Shown one piece after another: positions 1 through 7,479 of a stretch of DNA of 56,175 bases. A program made the position numbers and the translations under genes. A model generated the notes under the pieces. That model was not told the DNA's origin, ran no database searches, and saw only the letters and a list, made by a program, of their open reading frames with translations. The stretch lies in the NCBI GenBank assembly GCA_018304635.1, contig JAGVVW010000002.1, forward strand, positions 1 to 56,175. Reading direction: 5' to 3'. Source of the DNA: Candidatus Aenigmatarchaeota archaeon (GTDB lineage: Archaea; Aenigmatarchaeota; Aenigmatarchaeia; GW2011-AR5; JACRMX01). How positions within the stretch are numbered: position 1 is the stretch's first letter; each line of letters opens with the position of its first letter.

Positions 1-687
1 AATATCAGCTAACACGCCATTGTCCCCGCCGATTTCCCGCACCCAGTTCACAATCTCCTGACCTCTGCCTGTTTTGATAAGATTTTCAAATGCCTGCTGA
101 GTGGTGATTGGAATTGTAGCGTAACCACGATGCTCAAGATATTGAGACCATGTAGTTATCTGCGGATCATAACGACCTTGATTTATTGCAACTATAGCTC
201 TACCATATTCTTTTTCAAATTCTGTTCTGGTAGGAACCCTTCCAAGATCTTCATTCATTTTATCAAAAACTTCATCTATTTTTTCAGGTGTCCATGTCTG
301 ATGATTTAGTTCATAGCCTCTATGTTTTAAGTACTGGTTCCATGTAGTTATCTGCGGATCATAACGACCTTGATTTATTGCACGAAGGGCTCCTCCATAT
401 TTTTTTTCAAATTCTTTACAAATAAGATTTCTTCTCAACTCTTCCTGCATCTCATCAAAAACTTCATCTATTTTTTCAGGTGTCCATGCCTGTCGGTGTG
501 TTTCACAATTTCTGTGTTCTAAGTACTGGTTCCATGTAGTTATCTGCGGATCATAACGACCTTGATTTATTGCAACTATAGCTCTACCATATTTTTTAGA
601 AAAATTTCTAAGAGTAGGAACCCTTTCAAGCTCTTCATTCATTTTATCAAAAACTTCATCTATTTTTTCAGCTGTCCACTTAACCAT
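1..687 (-). CDS. Repeat protein, 3' end outside the window. Three N-terminal 64-aa tandem repeats resembling homing-endonuclease-associated (HNH_repeat-like) helical repeats, then unique sequence
   Basis: Absent from the ORF track because it is open to position 1. ATG at 687 lies 2 nt after the TGA of the helicase, with GGTGA upstream. Translation MVKWTAEKIDEVFDKMNEELERVPTLRNFLKKYGRAIVAINQGRYDPQITTWNQYLEHR..., no stop in 229 codons. Confidence 0.85.
   Translation of the reverse strand, partial: MVKWTAEKIDEVFDKMNEELERVPTLRNFSKKYGRAIVAINQGRYDPQITTWNQYLEHRNCETHRQAWTPEKIDEVFDEMQEELRRNLICKEFEKKYGGALRAINQGRYDPQITTWNQYLKHRGYELNHQTWTPEKIDEVFDKMNEDLGRVPTRTEFEKEYGRAIVAINQGRYDPQITTWSQYLEHRGYATIPITTQQAFENLIKTGRGQEIVNWVREIGGDNGVLADI
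106..681. repeat. Three intragenic tandem repeats, 192-bp (64-codon) period
   Basis: Identical 43-bp core ccatgtagttatctgcggatcataacgaccttgatttattgca at 148-190, 340-382 and 532-574. Flanking sequence is also similar between units. Confidence 0.95.
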
Positions 688-689
688 CT

Positions 690-3425
690 TCACCACTTTC
701 CAACAGGTCTTAATACAATATCTTCAGCTATGCCATTTGTCGCGTGTTTGTCTTTTTTGTAAATAATTACCTTTTCATATCCAAGTCTTGAAAGAATATC
801 ATCTGGAATATTTTTTGAGCCGTGTTCTCTTGCTAATTGCTCTAGTCTTTTTATGTTGTATGACGCAATAGCTGAGTGTAAAGTTCTTGTATGAACTGTT
901 TCAGGCTCATAAAATGCAAATTCCTTACATATTTGAGGCTCAACCATGGGGTATGTATTGGTTTTCGTACCTTTTTTCCCTTTTGCTTTACGTTCTTCAT
1001 CAATGGCAAATTTGAATGCATTACTGTCAGGTTTCCCGGATGGCTCTATTGCTTTGGCAACTGTAACATGAACCCTGTAATCAGAAGTTTCGGGATTTCC
1101 GTATTCATCTTCAGCATAAGTTGCCATTACAAATCCAGACATTTCCGGAATAACCTCCCATCCTGTGGTTCTCATACCATCAAAGTATCTTCTCTCGTTT
1201 TCTATTACACCTTCAGGTTCTATTGCTATTAAGTACGCGCCATCTTTCGCAACTCTTCTGGCTTCTATAAAACCACGTTCCCTTTCCTGTATTTTGCCTT
1301 TTTTTTTGTCAATGTATTCAAAAGCCAGCTGATGCGGCCCAAGAGAGAATAAAACTAGGTCATATAATCCGTTTCTCAGAGGCATTTCTGCAGCATTTGA
1401 TTGCATATAATTATTAACAGGAATGTTGGAATCATTCTTGCCTTCATTAAGCATATGATAGCATATATCAACAACATCTGTTTCTCTGCCTGTTTGTGTA
1501 GAGAGAACTCCAAATGCTCCGCACATATCAAGCATTTTCCCATCTATTCCAAGCTGCTGGATAATCTGACCATACAACCTTGCAGTCTGTGCTGAATAGG
1601 AATAGTTCCATTCCTTTGAATGAAAATATCCTGCAAGTTCCTGCGAGATTTTTTCATTACTTCTAGTTAGCATTCGCAATGTATCGCCTGCATTCAGACC
1701 ACTCATTCTCAAAAACAATCGCCTGGACATCTGGTTGTCTGTATACATTCTCTTTTCAATATCTTCTAACTTGTAGTATTCACCTTCTCCCAGACCAAAT
1801 GCTTCAGCAACATCTTCGGTCATTTTTTCACCGTGTTCCATAAAATCTATTCCGAGCTCTTTTTTCCCAAGAAGCTTGAAAACACCAGTATCAACCAGGC
1901 TTTCATCCGAAGCAATTAAGTATAAGAATTCCACATTTTCTGTCTGGCCTCTCCTGTGTAATCTTCCCGGCATCTGCCTCCATACACGTGGCGTATATGG
2001 TATATCCAGAGCAATTCCGCACTGTCCTGCTGTAAGGCCTATACCCTCTCCTGCCACTTGTGTTGTTCCTATAAATACCATTACATTCGGATCTTCATTG
2101 AATTTTCTTATCAGATAAGCACGCTGCCATATTCTTTCATTGCCATTCCACTCCATTTCTTTTGTTGCATCTACGGTCCCATCCATAACTACAGGATTAT
2201 ATTCTCTGAACAAGATTTTGAGATAATCAGTAACACCTCTCCTGAGAAGAGGTGAAAATATTACACATTTTTTTCCATGAGTAATTCTTTCATTAACTAT
2301 TTTTTTCAATTCTCTGAGCCTTGCAGAATATGTAAGCCTTGTATCACCTGTTACTAACAATCTGTATTCATCTTCTGTAATTCCTCCAGTATCAAGCCAT
2401 TTGTATGCAATTATTTCATCACTAGCATCTCTCTGGATCTTAAGCAATCGTTCTTTCACTGAAGCATTTTCTATATAATCAGGATTTACAAGTGTTGGGT
2501 CAAGTAAAGCTTTCCGCAGCTGAAGAAGTTTTTCATGACCTTCTAATTCATTATTTTCAAACAAAGCCCTGTATATATCACGCTGAAATCCATCTATATC
2601 TACCTTAACAGGACACGGCTTTGGTCTTGGTGGCAGGTCTTTAACAACATCTTCCTTTAATCTCTTTAGCCGTCTTCTTCTGAACACAGCTCTGACAATA
2701 TCTGGTTTATCCCAATAAGCATATGCAACTGCTTTTGGGTCAGGATATATAAATTCGCCATTTCCATTTATTTCGAGCAAAGATATGGTTCTAAACACAT
2801 CCATTATAGTATTGGGTATATCTGTTCCTGTAAGCATCGCAAGATATTCACTGCGTCTCGCAACTTTATCCACATTATTAGCCTGAAGTCCTGATAAACT
2901 TTTTATGTTATGCGATTCATCTAAAATAGTTAACCTGTAATCAATCCCGGATAGTCTGGATATTATTCTACCAGCAATGTCTCTTCTTCCAAAAACATCA
3001 TAATTAAATATGATAATACCTGAATTCGGTAATGATGCCAATGCTTCATCTGTATAATCATTTAAATTCCATACACGTGGTGGATTTTCACAGTATGTGT
3101 TAATCTCATCAACCCAGTGCTGTTTCACAGTATTTGGACAAATTATTACAGCTTTTGTATTAGGATTTCTATTCCTCAGTTCCTGATACACTCCAATTCC
3201 CTGAAGTGTTTTGCCTGTGCCAACTTCGTCAGCTATTAACCCGCGTTTATTTCTTATTATATGCTTAATGCCCGCTACCTGAAAAAATGCTGGGAAATAA
3301 ATATCATCGTGTTCTTTCATTCTCTCTGCAGTTATTCCATCAATTCCCTTTTCATGTATATCAAACAGGTTTTCAAATTCTTCCAATAGTTCATTCATAA
3401 TACCTTTTGCTAAATCTTCTGACAT
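690..3425 (-). CDS. SNF2-family (SF2) helicase/ATPase with C-terminal class I SAM-dependent methyltransferase-like domain
   Basis: Motif I ADEVGTGKT, Ia IICPNTVKQHW, II DESH, III LTGT, V AGEGIGLT, VI QMPGRLHRRGQ. The C-terminal part has MLDMCGAFG and NAAEMPLRNGLYDLVLF, resembling Methyltransf_11 motifs. Confidence 0.88.
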   Translation of the reverse strand: MSEDLAKGIMNELLEEFENLFDIHEKGIDGITAERMKEHDDIYFPAFFQVAGIKHIIRNKRGLIADEVGTGKTLQGIGVYQELRNRNPNTKAVIICPNTVKQHWVDEINTYCENPPRVWNLNDYTDEALASLPNSGIIIFNYDVFGRRDIAGRIISRLSGIDYRLTILDESHNIKSLSGLQANNVDKVARRSEYLAMLTGTDIPNTIMDVFRTISLLEINGNGEFIYPDPKAVAYAYWDKPDIVRAVFRRRRLKRLKEDVVKDLPPRPKPCPVKVDIDGFQRDIYRALFENNELEGHEKLLQLRKALLDPTLVNPDYIENASVKERLLKIQRDASDEIIAYKWLDTGGITEDEYRLLVTGDTRLTYSARLRELKKIVNERITHGKKCVIFSPLLRRGVTDYLKILFREYNPVVMDGTVDATKEMEWNGNERIWQRAYLIRKFNEDPNVMVFIGTTQVAGEGIGLTAGQCGIALDIPYTPRVWRQMPGRLHRRGQTENVEFLYLIASDESLVDTGVFKLLGKKELGIDFMEHGEKMTEDVAEAFGLGEGEYYKLEDIEKRMYTDNQMSRRLFLRMSGLNAGDTLRMLTRSNEKISQELAGYFHSKEWNYSYSAQTARLYGQIIQQLGIDGKMLDMCGAFGVLSTQTGRETDVVDICYHMLNEGKNDSNIPVNNYMQSNAAEMPLRNGLYDLVLFSLGPHQLAFEYIDKKKGKIQERERGFIEARRVAKDGAYLIAIEPEGVIENERRYFDGMRTTGWEVIPEMSGFVMATYAEDEYGNPETSDYRVHVTVAKAIEPSGKPDSNAFKFAIDEERKAKGKKGTKTNTYPMVEPQICKEFAFYEPETVHTRTLHSAIASYNIKRLEQLAREHGSKNIPDDILSRLGYEKVIIYKKDKHATNGIAEDIVLRPVGKW

Positions 3426-3469
3426 CTAAATCACTCATACACCATTAACAGAAATAATATCTATAGAAA

Positions 3470-3486
3470 GGTTTAAATACTTTTGA
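3470..3486 (-). promoter_or_regulatory. Putative BRE/TATA promoter of the helicase operon
   Basis: Minus strand aaaagTATTTAAAcc about 50 bp upstream of ATG 3425. Confidence 0.5.
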
Positions 3487-3572
3487 GTAGTTAAAAAAAT
3501 GAAGGATGGGAAGTATCAAGTTCGCAATGAAATCGATCCGTCATTGGGATATAACGTCCCGGCAAAAATGGT

Positions 3573-3974
3573 TTATTTTATCTCAATCTTCTTCACTTTC
3601 TTCATTTCTTTCTTCGGAACAATGACTTCAAGAACTCCGTTTTTATACGATGCCTTTGACTGCTCTGGAACCACTTTACACGGCAGGCTCATTGTTTTGT
3701 AAAACCTACCAGCCCGTTGTTCCATACTGAAATAATTCTTTTTTTCAACTCGCTTCTCAGCTTTTTGCTCCGCATTTATCTCGATAGTGTCATCAGTTAG
3801 TTTCAGCTGAATATCTTCTTTATTCATGCCGGGCATCTCAAACCTGATTTCTAGGTTTTTTTCTGTTTCTTTTATACTTGTAAAAGGCAGCCTCAAATTT
3901 CCTAAGTCTGAAAAATTCACAGAACTGAAAATTTTATTTATCTCGTCCTGAAACCGCTTCACATCATCAGCCAT
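3573..3974 (-). CDS. hsp20: Small heat-shock protein (Hsp20/alpha-crystallin)
   Basis: EMPGMNKEDI, ASYKNGVLEVIVPK and C-terminal IEI motif. Start probably ATG 3974 after GTGGGGTG (track starts at 4001). Confidence 0.93.
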   Translation of the reverse strand: MADDVKRFQDEINKIFSSVNFSDLGNLRLPFTSIKETEKNLEIRFEMPGMNKEDIQLKLTDDTIEINAEQKAEKRVEKKNYFSMEQRAGRFYKTMSLPCKVVPEQSKASYKNGVLEVIVPKKEMKKVKKIEIK

Positions 3975-4216
3975 AAAAACACCCCACAATTTAAATTTCA
4001 CATAGTATACTTTATTTACAATTATAATACGCTAAAATTTAAAGTTTTGAATCAGAATTATCTGTGGAGAATCCACCTGACCATTGCCCGCATTTATAAT
4101 CAATTTATAGCACTGCCTGTACTCATCATCAATAGCCTTGAGTTGAACAGTTATTATCAAGGTATCCAAAAAATGGCGATCCATCATGATTTTAAAACAG
4201 CCATTTCAGTATGTAT

Positions 4217-4624
4217 TTATTCACCAACAGATTCTGGTTTTTTCTGTACAACAGCAGATACTGGAACAAGAGCTTTCTCGCGATGAACTTTTGCAAATTC
4301 AGGGCATATGATAACCCATTCATCAGAAACACCTGCAATATCGCCATTTATGGCAAGGCAGGTCTTTCTTATCCTTTCAATTGCCCTCTTGAGCTCAGTC
4401 ATGTCTTTTTCCTTAAGTCCTTTTATTCCCACAAGAAGAATATTTCCCTCTCTTAGCTTGCGCTGAATTCTGTCAGAATCTGAATAGCTTTCAAGTTTCT
4501 CAACCTGAATTGTTACTTTATTTGCAGAGCTTACAGGCTCAGTCGTACCCAGATCCAGTTCAACATATTCCTCTTCCTTTGAGCTGGAATCAGAAAACTT
4601 TCCAAAAATATTTTTCAGACCCAT
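4217..4624 (-). CDS. sepF: Cell division protein SepF (archaeal, DUF552)
   Basis: EEEYVELDL, LREGNILLV, ELKRAIERIR, GDIAGV..WVIICP are typical of archaeal SepF. Confidence 0.88.
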   Translation of the reverse strand: MGLKNIFGKFSDSSSKEEEYVELDLGTTEPVSSANKVTIQVEKLESYSDSDRIQRKLREGNILLVGIKGLKEKDMTELKRAIERIRKTCLAINGDIAGVSDEWVIICPEFAKVHREKALVPVSAVVQKKPESVGE

Positions 4625-4661
4625 AAAATCACTACTATTAATTATATGCTAAGATTTAAAT

Positions 4662-4873
4662 ATAGGAGACAACCTAACGGTTTTCTCCCTATTACCCTCT
4701 TTCCCTTTTGAAGTTTGTGAAAACGGATTTTGGACAACCTAACGGTTTTCTCCCTATTACCCTCTTCTATTACCCTCTTCAGGAATTTATATATATGATG
4801 TTTGTGTATTTCGTCTAATCAAATACCCCATGAATATTATTTTATTTATTGTAACCCTCTTTCCCTTCTTGAA
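4662..4873. repeat. 34-bp direct repeat carrying a hairpin, plus a 13-bp tandem duplication and a partial third copy
   Basis: gacaacctaacggttttctccctattaccctctt at 4668-4701 and 4733-4766. Hairpin ggagacaacc-taac-ggttttctcc. ctattaccctctt twice at 4754-4779. accctcttttcccttcttgaa near 4854-4873. Confidence 0.9.
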
Positions 4874-4879
4874 AGAAGC

Positions 4880-5143
4880 TCATTTATGGTATCGTTGCAT
4901 TGCTTCCATTGATTCCAGCATAGAAACAATATTCCATACTTGTGTTCTGGTGTATATAGGAATGTTGGAGTCGTTCGAGACCTCGTCTAATATAGATACA
5001 CTGGTGCTTATTTTTATATTGTCTTCTACATTAGATTTGCGCAGTGTTTCTATAACTGTCTGAATAAGCTCGCGGACATTTTTCGGAACAGTTCTATCAT
5101 TCTGAATTTCATTCAACATTTGACTAATAACATCTACATTCAT
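4880..5143 (-). CDS. UPF0147 family protein
   Basis: IQNDRTVPKNVR, ILDEVSNDSNIPIYTRTQVWNIVSMLE signature. Confidence 0.9.
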   Translation of the reverse strand: MNVDVISQMLNEIQNDRTVPKNVRELIQTVIETLRKSNVEDNIKISTSVSILDEVSNDSNIPIYTRTQVWNIVSMLESMEAMQRYHK

Positions 5144-5201
5144 AATTTATCGCCACTCAAGTTTATAATTTATCGCCACCCAAGTTTATAATTTATCGCC
5201 C
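5142..5201. repeat. 23-bp tandem repeat (about 2.6 copies) overlapping the UPF0147 start region
   Basis: ataatttatcgccac(t/c)caagttt at 5142-5164 and 5165-5187, partial at 5188-5200. Confidence 0.9.
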
Positions 5202-5289
5202 ACCACCAATCATTCATATATCACTAATCTATCTATATTTCTCCTTTCACTTACTCTGCCTTATACTCTTTTTTCATGCCCCTTCAAAT

Positions 5290-5628
5290 TTACCCATTGT
5301 CTGGCAACATTGATTTGAGTGATTTCTGATTGCTTTCCATTCTTTTTTTTACTATTGATTCCTGTTTTTCAATTGTTTTTATTCTGAGTTCAGCCTCTTC
5401 TTTTTGTTCTTCCAAACTTTTTTCAATATCATTTTTATCAGTTTTTATAAGCACAGGACCGAGGGTTTTGAAAATTTCAGTGCTTTCATTTTTCTTTAGC
5501 TCCATCAGAGCAGAATCAATTTCACGGATTTGAATTTCCAGTGTCTGTTTTTGAATCATCAGTGTTTGGATTTGCTGATTTTGCAGCTGTAGTTGTGCAG
5601 CCAATTCCTGCAATTCTTTATTATCCAT
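5290..5628 (-). CDS. pfdB: Prefoldin beta subunit
   Basis: Coiled coil with central IFKTLGPVLIKT hairpin. Lies downstream of rpo12 as in the conserved archaeal cluster. AGGTGG RBS. Confidence 0.92.
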   Translation of the reverse strand: MDNKELQELAAQLQLQNQQIQTLMIQKQTLEIQIREIDSALMELKKNESTEIFKTLGPVLIKTDKNDIEKSLEEQKEEAELRIKTIEKQESIVKKRMESNQKSLKSMLPDNG

Positions 5629-5712
5629 ACAAGACCACCTTTTAACCCTTTTTACTAAAATATTACTCTACTTTTAAAACTTCAACTTGTCTTTCAGTCA
5701 TGGTTTTCAGCT

Positions 5713-5847
5713 TTACAGTGCCTTAACTCTTTTTCGGAATTCAGATCTGGATTTTACAAGTATTCTGTAACCACAATAATGGCATCTTATCGGATCATTC
5801 GGATCCAGGTCAACCTCGGTTTTACATTTAATGCATCTGTGCAACAC
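5713..5847 (-). CDS. rpoP: DNA-directed RNA polymerase subunit Rpo12 (RpoP), not in ORF track
   Basis: GTG start, MLHRCIKCKTEVDLDPNDPIRCHYCGYRILVKSRSEFRKRVKAL*. Zn ribbon CxxC...IRCxYCGYRILxK. Lies between rpl37ae and pfdB. Confidence 0.92.
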   Translation of the reverse strand: MLHRCIKCKTEVDLDPNDPIRCHYCGYRILVKSRSEFRKRVKAL

Positions 5848-5852
5848 ACTCA

Positions 5853-5907
5853 ACACCCACTAACCTTTCTTTTGTAAAAGAAAGTTTAAGTTCACCAAAG
5901 AAAACAA
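5853..5907 (-). repeat. Dispersed palindromic element, related copy at 51562-51610
   Basis: Reverse complement tttctttggtgaacttaaactttcttttacaaaagaaagg aligns with tttcttttggcaactcacattttctttttacaaaaaagaaaagg at 51562. Confidence 0.65.
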
Positions 5908-6038
5908 TTTGGCAACTCGATCGCATATTATTTTCTTTGTTAGCCTCTTCTTTGTCAGTTCTTGTTTTCTGTCTTCCATTTCTGGTTTTCGGCATATTAT
6001 TTGTTTTATTTATCAGCTTCCTTTTAAAACTTTTCTTT

Positions 6039-6197
6039 TAATCAAATACCCCATGATAAATCATAGGGTATGCATTTGCTCAAAGAACCAAAGGTTCTTT
6101 GGCATGTCAGAAAGCGAAGCTTTCTGAACATCACATTCAAAGTTTTTGAATCCATCCACGTCTTTGAAAACATTAAAATACATGGTATTTTGAATGT
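6039..6197. repeat. Array of short hairpins. The 57-bp double-hairpin unit (6077-6133) recurs at 12526-12582
   Basis: Hairpins ataccccatgat-aa-atcatagggtat, tgctcaaagaacc-aaa-ggttctttggca, atgtcagaaagc-gaa-gctttctgaacat, acattaaaatac-atg-gtattttgaatgt. The 18-mer taatcaaataccccatga (6039-6056) also occurs at 4816-4833. Confidence 0.88.
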
Positions 6198-6278
6198 AAA
6201 ATAAAAATTTATTCGGTCTCCAATTTCACCACATTATCTTCTTTGTTATCTTTCCTGTCAGGCTTTTTTTCCAATTTA

Positions 6279-6476
6279 TTATTTCACATTGAATTTATAA
6301 GCTCCAGATGCATATCGGGACTTACATTTTTTGCACTCCCATATACCTGCAGCTAATTTCTTGACACGTTTTCGTGAACATGATGGGCATTTGTAAGAAG
6401 ATCGCGCCATATTTTGAATTTTTCTTACTTCTTCATTTATTCGTTTTCCATAACGCGAACCCATAGTTACCACCAA
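6279..6476 (-). CDS. rpl37ae: 50S ribosomal protein eL43 (L37Ae)
   Basis: GSRYGKRI, CPSC..RVKKLAAGIWECKKC..YASGAY. Start may be ATG 6464. Confidence 0.93.
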   Translation of the reverse strand: MVVTMGSRYGKRINEEVRKIQNMARSSYKCPSCSRKRVKKLAAGIWECKKCKSRYASGAYKFNVK

Positions 6477-6560
6477 GTTGTATTTAGTATTATAGTATAA
6501 AAATAAGTTATGCAGCTACATATATTTAAGCTTAAGAAGATTGACTTTTTCTTATTTAGT

Positions 6561-7295
6561 ATGCTTCGGTTAATTGGAACAGGCTTAAGCTATCTTGACC
6601 TTACGTTGAGAGCAATAACCAGGATTCAGGAAGCTGATGAAGTTTACATGGACGTTTATACAAACAGAATAAAAGACCTGGATTTAATAGAAAAAACTGT
6701 TAACAGGAAAATTAAAAAATTAGGCAGAAAACAAGTAGAATCTGATTTTTTGCTTCAAAAAGCCCTGAAAAACGATGTTGTTCTGTTAGTCTCAGGCGAT
6801 CCGCTTTCAGCTACAACACATGTAACATTTTTGCTTGAAGCTAAAAAAATGGGTATAAAAACAGAAGTTATTCATGCTGTTTCAATATTTACAGCTGTTG
6901 CTGAATGCGGACTGTCGTTATATAAATTCGGGAGAACAACAACACTTGCTTATCCAGAAGTTGATTACAGACCAACATCACCTATAGATGTGATTAAGCA
7001 GAACCAAAAATCAGGATTGCATACATTACTGCTCTTGGATATTGAAGCCGATGAAAAAAGGTTCATGACAACAAAAGAAGGTGCTGACATCCTTAAACAA
7101 CATGGAATTAAAGACAAAATCATTGCATGTTGCAATGCGGGTACAAATGAAAGGAAATTTGTCTATGGTAGTATTGAAAAAATAGCTAAATCTGGACTAG
7201 AAGATACGCCCGCGTGCATTATAATTCCAGGAGAAATTAGTGAATACGAAAGAGAAGCTATTGAAAAGCTGTGCACTACTAACGAGACAAGATAG
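6561..7295 (+). CDS. dph5: Diphthine synthase
   Basis: MLRLIGTGL, GDPLSATTH, GLSLYKFGRTTTL, GLHTLLLLDI, IIIPG. Likely start ATG 6561. Confidence 0.93.
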   Translation: MLRLIGTGLSYLDLTLRAITRIQEADEVYMDVYTNRIKDLDLIEKTVNRKIKKLGRKQVESDFLLQKALKNDVVLLVSGDPLSATTHVTFLLEAKKMGIKTEVIHAVSIFTAVAECGLSLYKFGRTTTLAYPEVDYRPTSPIDVIKQNQKSGLHTLLLLDIEADEKRFMTTKEGADILKQHGIKDKIIACCNAGTNERKFVYGSIEKIAKSGLEDTPACIIIPGEISEYEREAIEKLCTTNETR

Positions 7296-7351
7296 TATGT
7301 AATGACATTATCATGTCTCCACTGCTGCAAACCCATAGTTACGATATTAAG

Positions 7352-7390
7352 TTTTTTCATTTCCCTCATCTGATAGGGGGAATGAAAAAA
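7352..7390. terminator. Stem-loop downstream of dph5, possible terminator or hairpin element
   Basis: ttttttcatttccct-catctgat-agggggaatgaaaaaa imperfect inverted repeat. Confidence 0.4.
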
Positions 7391-7479
7391 TAGATATACA
7401 CGTGTAGCATAAATAAGTTACGTAATTCACAATATTCCGGGAATTCTTTATTTAAATGGTTTAATGCTAATTTCTGATT

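Noticed and set aside
148..574. CRISPR array (three identical 43-bp repeats)
   Set aside because: The 149-bp intervals are similar to each other, the period is a multiple of 3 within an open frame, and no cas genes are present. It is a protein repeat.
562..2255. Short plus-strand ORFs opposite the helicase and repeat gene
   Set aside because: Antisense shadows without motifs. The same applies to the other short antisense ORFs in the track.
4047..4286. 79-aa plus-strand ORF, and a 51-codon minus-strand ORF, between hsp20 and sepF
   Set aside because: No recognisable motif or RBS, so neither can be supported.
4668..4766. Mini-CRISPR (two 34-bp repeats with a 31-bp spacer)
   Set aside because: Only two copies, no typical repeat terminus and no cas genes. 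Better explained as a duplicated hairpin element, although the sizes are CRISPR-like.
5663..5701. 12-codon ORF as a pcc1 remnant
   Set aside because: No similarity evident. It overlaps a likely TATA box for pfdB.
5828..6127. Short ORFs on either strand between rpoP and rpl37ae
   Set aside because: They run through hairpin elements and have no protein-like signature.
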